Assembly (NCBI GenBank): GCA_002269645.1
Contig: NIVC01000003.1
Span: 62,001 to 126,000 of the forward strand
Length of the DNA stretch: 64,000 bases
Reading direction: 5' to 3'
Origin: Macrostomum lignano
Taxonomy: Eukaryota
A model generated the notes under the pieces. That model searched no databases and was not told where the DNA came from. It saw only the letters and a program-made list of their open reading frames with translations. Within the stretch, counting starts at the first letter, position 1, and each line of letters starts with the position of its first letter. The translations under genes and the position numbers were made by a program. Shown here piece by piece: positions 1 through 21,905 of this stretch.

Positions 1-259
1 GGGCGGATCTCGACATGCACAAGTTTCCTGTTTCGCTAAGAGTTAAAAAGTCAGCTCTGCTTTCTGTCAAAGTCTGATTCGCGATTCTGCCATGCTTATT
101 TCGGAAATCATTGTGAGCCAGTCGGGTGACAAATCTTTCCTAGTCTTAACTCTGACTTAGAGTGAGCGATGCGAGCTGTTTGATGAGCTGAGGGCTTTCA
201 TCTTTGTTGGAGTTCTCGAGCCCAACTGGCTTGCTTTGCCTGGCTATTCAATTACTGAA

Positions 260-830
260 CTGCCTGTATGCCTACCTGCCTACCCACCTGCCTACCCACC
301 TGCCTACCCACCTGCCTACCCACCTGCCTACCCACCTGCCTACCCACCTGCCTACCCACCTGCCTACCTAACTACCTACCCACCTACCTACCTAACTACC
401 TACCCACCTACCTACCTAACTACCTACCCACCTACCTACCTAACTACCTACCCACCTACCTACCTAACTACCTACCCACCTACCTACCTAACTACCTACC
501 CACCTACCTACCTAACTACCTACCCACCTACCTACCCACCTACCTACCTAACTACCTACCCACCTACCTAACTACCTACCCACCTACCAACCTACCTACC
601 CACCTACCCACCCATCTACCTACCCACCTATTTACGTGCCTACCTACCTACCTACCTACCTACCTACCTACCTACCTACCTACCTACCTACCTATCTACC
701 TACCGATCAACCTACCAAGTACCTACCCACCAATCTACCCACCTAACTGCCTACCCACCAATTCACGCACCTACCCACCTATCTACCTATCCACTTACCC
801 ACGTACCTACCTAACTACCTACCCACCCAC
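260..830. repeat. CCTA/CCCA-based degenerate microsatellite
   Basis: Runs of cctacc/ctacctaa units; explains the spurious P/T/Y-rich ORFs at 236-918. Confidence 0.95.
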
Positions 831-1493
831 ATCTGACCTAAAAGTCACCAGTTCCTGTTTTATTTATCAATCATATTCTCCACCCTTCATCGTTTTTCTG
901 TCGTTATATAGATATTAATTTCCAGCCTCAGGACCACCAGAGACGAGTCCTTTTTCTGGATCAAATCCAATTTTCTGAAATACAACTACAAACGGAACTA
1001 AAAAGAGACAGGCGCCACCTCAAGCTAGCAGAGCCGAGAGCCCAGCCGCGGAAAAGTATGCTCAAGAAAAAACAACATGGCTTGTGGCCTGTTTTCAGGC
1101 TGAGATGGAGCAGCCCGCCTCTCCCTTCTCATTCTTCAATGTTGCTTTTACGAGCTAAAAAGCAGCCTAAAATCCCGCGCTGCTACTTCCAGATCCCGGC
1201 ATGAAAGCAGCACTTTTGCCTGCTTTGGGTCTTAGACCTGCCACTTTTGTTTTTGCAGCCACAGCACAAAAGTCAAAGTGGATTGCTTGCTCTGACGGGC
1301 TGCACCGGCACAATGAGTTTGTTTTGTATACTTTTTATACAATCCGACCAAACACTGACTCGCGAGCCTGCAGCAGGATAGAACTGACAGAAAGGAAATC
1401 TTCAACAATATCTGCAGATAAAAACTTGTCACAGATTCCAATGAATCTATGCGATAGATGGGTTAGATCTGTAGACTAACAACAACAAAATGC

Positions 1494-1990
1494 TCAGACT
1501 AGCAATCCATTCTACTCCACTGCATTTAGGCTAGACTAGCAATCCATTCTACTCCAGTGCATTTAGGCTAGACTAGCAATCCATTCTACTCCAGTGCATT
1601 TAGGCTAGACTAGCAATCCATTCTACTCCAGTGCATGTAGGCTAGACTAGCAATCCATTCTACTCCAGTGCATTTAGGCTAGACTAGCAATCCATTCTAC
1701 TCCAGTGCATGTAGGCTAGACTAGCAATCCATTCTACTCCAGTGCATGTAGGCTAGACTAGCAATCCATTCTACTACAGTGCATGTAGGCTAGACTAGCA
1801 ATCCATTCTACTCCAGTGCATGTAGGCTAGACTAGCAATCCATTCTACTCCAGTGCATGTAGGCTAGACTAGCAATCCATTCTACTCCAGTGCATTTAGG
1901 CTAGACTAGCAATCCATTCTACTCCAGTGCATGTAGGCTAGACTAGCAATCCATTCTACTCCAGTGCTTGTAGGCTAAACTAGCAATCCC
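1494..1990. repeat. 37-bp tandem minisatellite (ctagactagcaatccattctactccagtgcatg/ttagg), about 13 copies
   Basis: Head-to-tail copies with no spacers, in the first intron of the PstS-like gene. Confidence 0.95.
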
Positions 1991-2035
1991 TCGCAGAGTC
2001 GCAGAGACAAGGTGGAGATCCCGCCAGCAGCTCAC

Positions 2036-2369
2036 CCGCCAGCGTGGGGAACATCTGGCTCTCCGGGTAGCTGCTGTACTCCGAGTCCTTCATGATGGAG
2101 TCGCTGCCGGCAAACAGCTGGTAGTCGGGGTCGGCCTGGTTGTTGTAGCCCCGCTGGAAATTGAGCCGGCCGGTGCCGCTGCCCACGCCCGAGTAGACGA
2201 TGCTGACGTCCGCCCAGGCGCTGCGGTGCGCACTGTAGCGGTCGCAGACGGCAATGTATACATTCTGCGGGAAGGTCGCCCCGCTGCCGCGCACAGTGAT
2301 GGCTTCGGCCGAGCCGGCGGCTATCACGGTTACCATGCCAACCATGTTCAACAGCACAGCGCCTGTCAT
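2036..2369 (-). CDS. First coding exon of a secreted PstS-like (periplasmic phosphate-binding fold) protein; the rest of the gene runs off the left end of the window
   Basis: Hydrophobic signal peptide, then GSGATFP..VY, YSGVGSGTG and FAGSD, matching PstS GAGATFP / YQGIGSSGG / FGASD; GTGAG donor at 2035 (phase 1) after FPTLA. Confidence 0.8.
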
Positions 2370-2667
2370 GCTTGCTAAGAGTCGGCAGGGAGGTCAAAGC
2401 CCCCTCCTAGAGTCCCGAGTCCAGCGGTGGCTATGGAGGCTGCGCTAAAATTCTCCGGACTGCCTGCCGGATGCCGCATCCCGCCAGGATTAAATTATAC
2501 GCAAAGTCACCGCACCCCTGCCGTCTGTCTCCAGCCAGTGCGGCTCAGATGAGGGTCGAGAAAGAACTGGTCACCCGCACCCAGCCAATCAGCGCACGGC
2601 TCAGCAGGTACCGGCGATTCTTGGCCAGATGAGCTTCATCGGCTGCTAGTGCGAAGGCAAACAGGCA

Positions 2668-3243
2668 ACTCATCACTAATTGACAACTGACAGTCACCTC
2701 GTCACTCACTGACAGACAACTGGCAGTCACCTCGTCACTCACTGACAGACAACTGGCAGTCACCTCATCACTAATTGATTGACAACTGGCAGTCACCCAT
2801 CACTCACTGACAGACAACTGGCAGTCACCCATCACTCACTGACAGACAACTGGCAGTCACCTCATCACTCACTGACAGACAACTGGCAGCCTCATCACTC
2901 ACTGACAGACAACTGGCAGTCACCTCATCACTCACTGACAGACAACTGGCAGTCACCCATCACTCACTGACAGACAACTGGCAGTCACCTCATCACTCAC
3001 TGACAGACAACTGGCAGCCTCATCACTCACTGACAGACAACTGGCAGTCACCTCATCACTCACTGACAGACAACTGGCAGTCACCCATCACTCACTGACA
3101 GACAACTGGCAGTCACCTCATCACTCACTGACAGACAACTAGCAGTCACCTCATCACTCACTGACAGACAACTGGCAGTCACCTCATCACTCACTGACAG
3201 ACAACTGGCAGTCACCTCGTCACTCACTGACAGACAACTGGCA
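2668..3243. repeat. About 33-bp tandem minisatellite (tcactcactgacagacaactggcagtcacctca)
   Basis: About 17 copies between the GRAMD4 stop codon and the PstS-like start codon. Confidence 0.95.
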
Positions 3244-3489
3244 GGTACTGATTATTCGCAAGGGACTTAGTCAGGCTAAAACGCCATTTTAAATCAATTT
3301 AAGACGCAGACAACAGCCGCAAATCGCAATTTTCGGGTAAGAGCAGGTCGGAGGATTTATTTGCTCTTGGTCAATTTGAGTGCCCGAGGATCACACAGCC
3401 CTCTGCTACAGATGAAAGCGGAATATCAGGATAAATATGAGCGCAGTGTTCATGGGAGAATGAGCTGGAGTCTGTCAGCCCTGAAGGGG

Positions 3490-12102
<8,613 letters not shown>

Positions 12103-12314
12103 CCTTGATGGCGCAATTCATTTACGATTTATAAAGGAGGAACTTTAGAAAATCCACTATCAATTATAAGAAGTCACTCGAATGGTGCCTGCTGGGGTCT
12201 TCTACACTTCACAACCCGGCAATCTTTTAGTCGCAACCCCACATTCATCTACATGAACCTACACGGGCACTGACTAAAGCAAAGATTAACGATTTCTGCG
12301 TCTACTACCGCTGA

Positions 12315-12520
12315 CTGCCAGTGACAACTGTCAGTGACAATTGACTGCCAGAGACAACTGACTGCAAATGACTGCCAGAGACAACTGACTGCAAATGACA
12401 ACTGAGTGCCAGTGACAACTGACTGCCAGTGACAACTGACTGCCAGTGACAGCTTAGTGCCAGTGACAACTGACTGCCAGTAACAGTGACTGCCAGTAAC
12501 AGTGACTGCCAGTGATAGCT
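12315..12520. repeat. About 17-bp degenerate minisatellite (gactgccagtgacaact)
   Basis: Tandem copies upstream of the GRAMD4 ATG. Confidence 0.85.
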
Positions 12521-13764
12521 AGTGATATACTATTCAAGTAGATTAACGGGAAACTACATATCTTAGAAAATTGGCACTGGGCATGTACGTAGGATGTACA
12601 TGTAAAATTAACATAGAATCCTAAGTACAAATATCAATAGAGCCATAAGAAGGCCAGGCATTTCAAAAGATAAATATTGGGTCTGCCTTCTATCAAAAGC
12701 AATAATTTTTTTTGCTGAAGAAATTCACCGCAATTTATTTTTTCGGTCAAACCGGCCTTTAAAATGTTTCCAAGAAATGTCCGTCCTACTTGATTAGTCC
12801 TTGATTTAAATAAGCAGAAAATCTATCCACTCTTTGATCAGCGAGCTTGCAGAAATTCATTTTCGACAAACTAGCTCTTTTAAATGAAAGCCTCGTATTT
12901 TTATTGCAAGTGACTTGTTCAACATTTGAAGCAACCAGTTGCATTGCTGGCATGCCATGCCAATTTTCCCCAAGATGTCAAATATCCTCAGCAGGGAAAT
13001 CGCTGGCAGTAGCATGACAGAATTCCCAGTTGCCTTACCGGATCAGCCAGAAACGTTTGCTCGCAACTGATAGATGATGACAGCTCAGGTTCTCCGTGGA
13101 GAAGCTGAGCAGATCTGTCCAAGAGATCTTTTATTACACATGGCGCGCAGTGTAGGACTGTAGATTTACACTCCGCTGCGGGTGCAGCAGAGATCTCCTT
13201 CCTGCCACCTTGGAGCGCCCGCCTCCTCGCCCAGTGTACGAGCCGCGCACACCGGGACCACCGGACCGCACATCCGAGCGGGCTGGGGCGGGCGCTCCAC
13301 TTGCAGATAAAATGTACGCAGCAACGGGAAAGTAAGAGAGCGGAGAAAGGAAAGGCGAAAATGCAGCAGACAGCAGCAGCGGGGTAAGGCAGCCCCTGTC
13401 CCCGCTGTGTGCTAAGTATAATGTTAGTCAATAGCCTTGCCTGCCCAAGCAGTTGCGCACAGGCACGCCTTCTGGTCTGCAATGCGTCACCGAACTTATT
13501 TATCAATTTAGATTTCAAGAGTTTGGAGTCACTTATGAAGTCATGCAAATTAAAATTGGCCAGCTAGACTCACCGTGCTTATCTGATAATGTTACACTGA
13601 ATAACTTTTGAGTAAGCTGTTTTTCTAGGCTCACAGACAAAAAACTTGCAGTGTATCACTTTTTGTTTGGTGGAATACAGTAGTATTCCAATGAGTCTTG
13701 ACAAAACTACACTTGTGCAGTGGTATGAAGGGGTTGCATCAATGCATAATTAACTTGTGAAATT

Positions 13765-13992
13765 TTGACTTGTGAAAGGTTCGGACTTGCGAAATTTGGA
13801 ACTTGTGAAGGTTCGGACTTGCGAAATTTGGAACTAGTGAAGGGGTTCGGACTTGCGAAATTTGGAACTAGTGAAGGGGTTCGGACTTGCGAAATTTGGA
13901 ACTAGTGAAGGGGTTCGGACTTGCGAAATTTGGAACTAGTGAAGGGGTTCGGACTTGCGAAATTTGGAACTTGTGAAGGTTCGGACTTGTGA
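13765..13992. repeat. About 34-bp minisatellite (ggttcggacttgcgaaatttggaactagtgaagg)
   Basis: 6-7 tandem copies between GRAMD4 and RRM1. Confidence 0.9.
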
Positions 13993-14763
13993 TGCTTTCA
14001 AGGTTAAGAAGCACTCCTCTCCTCTATCTACGCTCGTACACACAACTGCCGCTCTGTGCTCACTGTGACGCATTTATCAAGTCTAATGTGGTTCTGTGGT
14101 TTACTCGTAAGTAAAATGAGATTTAAGAAGTCTAATAAATCAATTTTTTTCGAATAAAGAGAGTTGGCATAGGATTAAATTATATTGGGGCAGCGGCCGG
14201 ACCGACTCGGTGCACTGTAATAGTTAAATCAGTTGAATTAGGGGCAGGATAATAAAAGTGGCTTATAAATTGTGCACTATAAATATATAAACATTACGAA
14301 ATTCGCACCACAGATTGATTATTGTAACAAAAGAAAGCTGTTGGGACTATATAATAAAGGAAAAAATTGGTGGAACACTAAAAACATTTCGGGAGTTCAG
14401 ATTAAAAGCATTATTGAGACTTAGAGACAAGCTTCAGAGTACGATTGTAATAAAATGCGGACAAACACAAAACAGTGCAGTGAGTAATCATTTTTACTTA
14501 TTAGGGTAGGAATTGCGCCATGCAAAACGCTGCCTGTTAGCTTGTAAAATTAGCACCGAACGTCACTGAACTGTAGAAAATAGACAAGCAGTACTCAAAG
14601 CAGGTATGAAATGCCTCGCATTAAATAGCTGATCAAATATGGAAAGTGTTTAAAAAGTTTTATAAAAATATTGGGACTTTAGTAGAAAAAAATTGAGATA
14701 AAAACACAGTTTGGTAGCTACTTAAAGTAGTTTAAAGCTGAAAAACAGCACTCAATAGCTGGC

Positions 14764-17700
14764 TCAGCCCTGGCAGCTCAGACAGGCCTCCTTGTTCTCC
14801 AGCGAGCAGAGCATGTCCTTCTGGTTCTGCAGGCGGAGCTCCTGCATGGCGGCCTCCGTCTGCTTGGTGTCGCCAGCCGGTTCGGAGGCGTCGTTCTCCT
14901 TGCCCTTGACCCGAACCCTGGCCTTGTCCACGGTGAACTGGATTGGCTGGGCGGCCGGCCTGGTGCGCAGGTAGTACATGCCGGTCTTCAGGCCGCTGCG
15001 CCAGGCGAAGAAGTGCATGCTGGTGATCTTGGCAAAGTTGGGCTGGGCGATGTGCAAGTTCAGGCTCTGGCTCTGGTCAATGTAGGCCCCGCGGTCGGCG
15101 GCCATCTCCATGATGCGCTTCTGCGGGATCTCCCACACCGTCTTGTACAGGTCCTTCACCTCCTGCGGGATGCCATCGATGCTCTGCACGGAGCCCTGCG
15201 GAGTGACAATGGGTCAGCTGGGATAGAACATGTGCATAGGACATGTAATGCTGCTTATCTAATCGTCCATTCAATAGTCGATTTTCAGAATGGCCGCCAA
15301 TGCGCCAACCAGGATGTCTCTAAATAGCTACTGATTGATGCATACAACTTACCTGGTTAGCCACGATTGCGGTTTTCAGATCGTCTGACCAGAGGCCCAG
15401 CCTGGTGAGGTCGCGCAGCAGGTGCGGATTAACCACCTGGAATTCACCAGACAGGACCCGCCTGCTGTACACATTGCTAGTGTAGGCCTCAATGCTCTCA
15501 TTGTTGCCGAGAATTTGAGCTGTGGAGGCGGTAGGCATCGGGGCCAGCAGGAGGCTATTGCGCAGGCCATACTTGGCAATGTCCGCCCGCAGCTGAGTCC
15601 AGTTCAGGCCAATGTCCGGCCTGTCCGGCGTGGCCACGGACCACATGTCCGGCTGCAGGATGCCTTTGCTGGCCGGGCTGCCCGGATGGGTCTCGTGCGG
15701 CCCGAACTTGCGGGCCTCCATGCAGCTGGCCTCCAGCGCTGAATAATAGATGGTGGCGAAGATGTCCTTGTTGAGCTGGGCGGCCTCCGGGGACTCCCAG
15801 GCGTAGCGCATCAGCTGGAAGGCGTCCGCCAGGCCCTGCACGCCGATGCCGATGGGCCGGTGGCGCATGTTGGAGCGCTCGGCCTCCGGCACCGGGTAGA
15901 AGTTGATGTCGATGATGCGGTTCAGGTTGCGGACAACAACGTGGGTCACGTGACGCAGCATGGCGAAGTCGAACTGTCCAGGCTCCTTCACGAATCTGAC
16001 GGATGGAGAGAGTGGATTATCAGTCAATACGGTCCCGAGATGGTACCCAGGCGGTTAGGCTAAGAAGCGTCACTTGCGTCGCCCCAAAATCGTTTCAGAG
16101 TCAGGTAAAATAGGAGAGAAATGACTCTAAACGACTATAAAACGGCGAGATGTCATGGCACAAGTCCCCAAAAAGTCGTCCAAGAACCACTTTGAAGCGT
16201 TTGGTTTACTGTCTGCGGCTCTGGGGCCGTAGATTCGAATTTGAGGCGTGCTAGAGTCGCTGTGTAGTGTGTCATGAGTTTCTTGAAGCGGTTTGCGTTG
16301 CTTAGGCCGGGAATTAGTCGCGTCTCCAGCGCTTCAGCGGCGTTCTTCAATCGCTAAAAGTCGCAAAAGCGCTCTGTTGAGTTAAACACCAACGCAACGA
16401 TTCTTGGACGACTCTTTCACGATTCTACAACTCGCGTGACGCACCTGCGACGTAACAGTCGCCTCTCCGCCGTATTAGACGAGTTTGAGTCGTTAAAAAG
16501 CCACAAGAGTCGCCGTAGAGCCACTAGAGAGTTGTTTTCAACAGCTTTTAGGCAACTCTTGTCACGGTACCGTTTTTAACGTGAGCGCGGTCACACCTCT
16601 AATAAGCAAAAAAACTCGCAGACGGAGCAAATTAAATTACAAACCGTTTCTCACCTGTTCAGTGCTACGCTGGCCAGATTGCACACTGCCACCTCATCTG
16701 GGCTGCTGTATTCGACAATCTCCGTGCACAGGTTTGAGCACTTGATGGTGCCAAGGTGCTGCTGGTTGCTCTTGGAGTTGCACGAGTCCTTGTACAGCAT
16801 GTAGGGCGTGCCAGTCTCGATCTGGGCCTCGATAATTGCGTACCAGAGCTCCTGGGCGCGCACTGTCTTGCGCCCCTTGCCGGCCGATTCGTATGACTCG
16901 TACAGCTTGACGAAATCCGCGCCCCAGGCATCGGACAGGCCGGGACACTCGTGCGGGTCCATGAGGGTCCACTGGCCGTTGGACTCGACGCGCTGCATGA
17001 AGAGGTCCGGCACCCAGAGCGCGTAGAACAGGTCGCGGGCTCGATTCTCATCTTTGCCGGTGTTCTTGCGCAGGTCGAGGAATTCGAACACATCCGGGTG
17101 CCAAGGCTCCAGGTAGATGGCGAATGCACCGGGCCGCTTGTTGCCGCCCTGGTCAACATACCTGCCGATGGGGGGGCGAGTGGCTTATGAGTTGGGTTAA
17201 ATTCTGAGGATCCCTGCACACACTATCTCGTCTCTGAGGATCCCTGCACACACTATCTCGTCTCTGAGGATCCCTGCACACACTATCTCGTCTCTGAGGA
17301 TCCCTGCACACACTATCTCCTCTCTGAGGATCCCCTGCATACATTATCCCCTCCCTGAGGATCGCCTGCACACATCATCTCCTCCCTGGGGATCCCTTGC
17401 ACACATTATCCCCTACCTGAGGATCCCCTGCACAAATCATCTCCTCCCTGGGGATCCCTTGCACACATTATCCCCTCCCTGAGGATCCCCTGCACACATC
17501 ATCTCCTCCCTGGGGATCCCTTGCACACATTATCCCCTCCCTGAGGATCCCCTGCACACATCATCTCCTCCCTGGGGATCCCCTGCATACATTATCCCCT
17601 CCCTGAGGATCCCCTGCACACATCATCTCCCTGGGGATCCCCTGCATACATTATCCCCTGCCTGAGGGTATATAAAACCCCCTGCGCATATTATCCCGTG

Positions 17701-20700
17701 ATCTGGGGATAGCATGATTAATCTTTAACTTTAGCAGTAAAGGGAAGTAAGAAACAAATAGATATTATAATTACCTGGCCGTATTGTTAAACACCCTCAG
17801 CAAGGGCACAATGCCATTCGAGGTGCCATTGGTGCCGGCAATGTAGGAGCCGGTGCTGCGAATGCAGTGAATGTTGAGGCCGACTCCGCCAGCAGACTTG
17901 GAGATGAGGGCGCACTGCTTCAGAGTGTCGTAGATGCCCTCAATGCTGTCGTCCTTCATGGTGAGCAGGAAGCAGGAGCTCAGCTGCGGCTTCGGTGTGC
18001 CGGCATTAAACAGAGTAGGACTGGCGTGGGTGAACCACCTGTGCGACATGAGCTCGTAGGACTCGATGGCCGCCTCCACGTTGCCGCAGTGGATGCCGCA
18101 GGCCACGCGCATCAGCAGGTGCTGCGGCCGCTCGGCGACTCGCTTGTTAATCTTTAACAGGTAGGACCTCTCCAAGGTCTTGAAGCCGAAGTAGTTATAG
18201 TGCAGGTCGCGCTCAAAATCGATAGCGGAGTCAAGGCGCTCGCGATTGGCCAGCACGAAATCCAGGAAGTTGCGCGTCACCATAGGCGAGTGCAGGCCAG
18301 TCTTGGGATTCACGTACTCGTACAGGTCAGTCATCACCTCGGAGAACTTTGCCTTGGTGTCCTTGTGCAGGTTGGACACGGCAATGCGAGCGGCCAGGAT
18401 GGCATAGTCCGGGTGCTTTGTTGTCATCGTGGCGGCCGTCTCAGCTGCCAGGTTGTCCAACTCGGAGGTTGTGACGCCCGGGTAAAGCCCGCTAATCACC
18501 TTGCGCGTAATCGCCGCCTGCGCATTGAAAGGCAGAGCCAAGATACTACAAGTGCTGAATTACATACATGCTACTGGCTACTAACTAGTAGGCAATGTGA
18601 AGGCACTTACTGGCTCAACATAGTCTTCATTCAAGCCGCTGCAGAGGCTCTGAATGCGTGCAGTAATTTTATCATAGTGCACTTTTTCACGCCTCTGATC
18701 TAAAAATTTTGGTGGGAATTGAAAATGCCATTTTGTTAGTGCACACTTGAAACAACTAGGCTAGTTCATATAATTACCATTGAATTAAGAGCAGAGCCTA
18801 AATCGGGTACATAAGTTATCAAAACTCTTAGTTTTATTACATGTATAAATCAATGTATTGACTGGTAGCAGTTTTGAGTTTCTAGTATTGTAAAAATGAC
18901 TTAATTTCAAAGAAAAAATGTTGTTTGATTTATATTAGTCAAAAAGATTTTTTATTTCTAGTATACTAACATTTTTACAAGATTGTATATTAAACCAAGT
19001 ATTTAATGTCTATTCTAATAATTTATACTCAAATATTCAAAAATCATATATCTCATTGCTAATACTAGGGAATTTAGTTAGATTTTTGAAGTTATTTGTT
19101 TAATAGTTTTAGTTAATTTAATACATCTCATTTACAAAATTTAAAAGACACTAGTGTTGTGATCCTTTACTTTTGCACATTTTTATTTTTATAATTATTT
19201 TCTTGGAAATCTGCAGTTCAAATGGGTACATAATAATGTGGCTTGAAAGATTTGTCTCTCATATATCAGTTAGGTGGGTAAACTTAATTAGTAGTCAATT
19301 AGTGATTGGTAGATATAATAGACTTACAACTCAAAGCAGTCACACAACTAATATCATGGCTAGCTAGCTGTCCATCTGCACTTACAACCATTGTTTATTG
19401 TTGCTTTTCATCTATATAGCTCTTATCAATATTAACAGTTTCATTAGTTAGCAGTAAACAATCTATTATCAATATCTCTATTGAATCCATAATAATATTC
19501 ATTAGATTGAATAGAAGCTACAATTTTCAAAATAAAAAATTAAATATGAGAAAGTAAAAGATTGATAAGACACTTACTTTAGAAAACTGGTCAATTAATA
19601 AAAGTTGTAAAACTTTGGTCTAATTTTGGTATAGTGCAAAAAATTATAGTTTTGTCCAAATTGGAAATATAAGCCTTAAATTTTAAATAGAAACATAGTT
19701 TATTGCCCAGCATATTTTTATACAAAAATTTAAAATCTATATACAATAATTTTTGTCACATGTTCAATAACTCTTCTTAGATCATTGCTTATTTCTCAGA
19801 GTTCTAAGAGTGTTGTGAAGAAGGTCAGAAAGTCAGGAATTAGAACTCATGCAAAAAGGAGTACTAGGAATAAGTGCCAAGACCTTCTAATCTTAGTAAC
19901 ACCCAGACTGGAAAAAAGTACATATACCAATACCAGTAGGACCACTCAGGTCAAAATTATATACCAGATGCTACCAGAATGCTATTAAGAACACTACTAG
20001 AACCAGTGTTGGGTACTAGTCTATTAATAAGTGTTAATCCATTAATAAGCGTTAAGACTTTAAGTGTTAAGATTTTTCTTTAACATTATTGGACTGCCAT
20101 TAAGATTTTTTGAACTAACAGATTAATAAATTTGCATTAATAATTTTGTTAGTTAATAACAAATTTATCATTAACATTAGTGGCAATGTCAATGACCAAA
20201 GATGCAAAGAAAGAACAAAAATTTAAGTCTGAAGAGAAGTTACAACCAGATATATTAAATGAATTTATTTAAATGCCCAATTAATCTCAATTAATCAAAT
20301 TAGTCAATGATCATGCAAATTAACAATTTCTTATTATGAACTTTAATTATGAATTATGCTTGTAAAATATTGTGAACTTTATTGCTTGCGTGTGAGCATG
20401 GATTGCTTTGATTTACTTCTTCTTTAATCTTTCGTAACTTTCTGCTACACCTGCTAATGCTATAGAAACAACCTTTATATTTGTATTTTATTATTAACTA
20501 ATTAGCTTTCAAGTTTCAAAAAAATAAGATACTTCTTTTACCATATGCTTACTTTTAGTAGTATTATAAATACAAGTTTTTTAAATTATTATTTATTACT
20601 TTTTAGCTTGTAGATCACTTAGACAACCTTTGTGTTTTGCTAAAAAGGTGGAAAAGCAAAGATAGTGCATTATGGAAGTCTGTTTAAAAAAGTGCAAGAT

Positions 20701-21905
20701 TTCTATATTTTTGTGTTAACTTTAATGGATTAATGCTTATTAATGACTATTAGTTAACTTTCAGTTAACTTGACAAAATTAAGAGTTAATAAGTTAGGCC
20801 TAAGATTTTCTTGTTTTAACACTAATGCTTTATTAATAGAAGTTAAGATTTTTATTAATGGTACCCAACACTGACCAGAATGCTATCAAAATATTACTAA
20901 GATTGGGATTAATATGACAATAGAATAGAAGTTTCTCCTGCAACAACTTGGTGTCAGCAATTGGAATTTTAATAGAAAGAAGTTAGCCTTATAACATACA
21001 TACCTAAAGTAAAACCTCAAAAACAAACTTTTTGCACTTTTTTTGAAATAGTGCTAAAGCTATTTGTACCTTATAAATCTAATATAGACAGAAAAGCCAT
21101 AACCTTTGTGATAAATCAATTTTAGGCATAAAAATTAAAATTTATAGATAGGAGAACAAAAAAAGTTGGCAAAGAAACATTTTTGCTAGTTTTTCTATAA
21201 TTTATATAATGCTTTAAATTAATTTTTCTTTTGTCTATTAAAAAATATAAATAATTTTGTATATTAAAAGTTATTTTTCAACTTGGGGACAATAAAGCTA
21301 ACCTGTTGAAAAAAGTAAAAACAGACTTGTCAAAAATTCAACTCAAGCATGTTTAAAACAAAAGATTAGTTAAAATTAGATCCTATGTATAACTTTTTTT
21401 ATTAGAGGCAGGGGGTTGTGTGCACCCTGGCGCACTTTAAGCGACATAGGCACACAACCGGCGAGAGGCATTACTGCCCATTCCGCCGACTCCCCTGAGC
21501 AGGCATACAAGCACGCGGATACGCACACAGGCACACACTCACACAGGAGTGTACAGCGGCCCTAACTTTATATTATCGTTAGGCATGTACACTTCACTGC
21601 GCCTTGGGGGGTTGGCTCTCAAAGCCGTTAATTGCACGAGCAGAGCCAAGCCGAGATTCCAATTTAGCCCCAAATTAATGTGACTGCACTTGGAATCGAG
21701 CCTGGGTCGCTGGCACACCAGAGCAGCTGCGCTATCGCTGGGCTACGGCCCCCCTCCCATGTATTACAAATTTGAAGCTGATTATTGAAATGCAATCCAC
21801 TCACAGCTTTATGCTTTATAATGAATATAAAAAATATACTTCAATCATACCTCTCTTTATGACGTAGAGATTCTCGCCACTTGGATGTCTACCTTCGCTT
21901 GACAT
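14764..21905 (-). CDS. RRM1: Ribonucleoside-diphosphate reductase large subunit (class Ia), 7 coding exons
   Basis: Phase-consistent exons 21851-21905 ([18 protein letters not shown]), 18611-18699 ([14 protein letters not shown]), 17775-18517, 16655-17161, 15353-15995, 14764-15195. ATP cone, LSSCFLL, SNLCTEI catalytic N-C-E, VCNLAS, GMYYLRT and C-terminal CxxC (CLSC). Confidence 0.98.
17205..17665. repeat. About 30-bp minisatellite with a higher-order two-unit pattern
   Basis: ctgaggatccctgcacacactatctcgtct copies, then alternating cattatcccctccctgagg / catcatctcctccctgggg units, in an RRM1 intron. Confidence 0.92.
20004..20873. mobile_element. Non-autonomous hAT-like MITE, about 870 bp
   Basis: 13-bp TIR cagtgttgggtac...gtacccaacactg; flanking 8-mers actagaac/accagaat match at 6/8 (decayed TSD); in RRM1 intron 1. 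Confidence 0.65.
21392..21752 (-). mobile_element. tRNA-derived SINE
   Basis: Minus strand begins GGGGCCGTAGCCCAGCGATAG (A box) ... GGCTCGATTCC (B box) and ends in an A-rich tail near 21395. Confidence 0.6.

Noticed and set aside
236-918. Long P/T/Y-rich ORFs
   Set aside because: Translation of a microsatellite
1494-1990. CRISPR-like 37-bp repeats
   Set aside because: Units are contiguous with no unique spacers, there are no cas genes, and the array sits in a eukaryotic intron
2036-2369. Bacterial contamination as the source of the PstS-like sequence
   Set aside because: The ORF is cut by a canonical donor, flanked by host-type minisatellites and lies 1.1 kb from GRAMD4; no pstCAB genes nearby
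12988-13548. 186-aa minus-strand ORF
   Set aside because: No recognisable motif; the GC-rich region with minus-strand donor-like sites near 13038 and 13573 is more likely GRAMD4 promoter or 5' UTR
15013-18703. Antisense and alternative-frame ORFs over RRM1 (likewise over SIRT5, the transposase, YPEL and HACD3)
   Set aside because: Shadows of GC-rich coding exons
21680-21752. tRNA gene
   Set aside because: Has A/B boxes but I could not fold a convincing cloverleaf, and it continues into a SINE-like body with an A-rich tail
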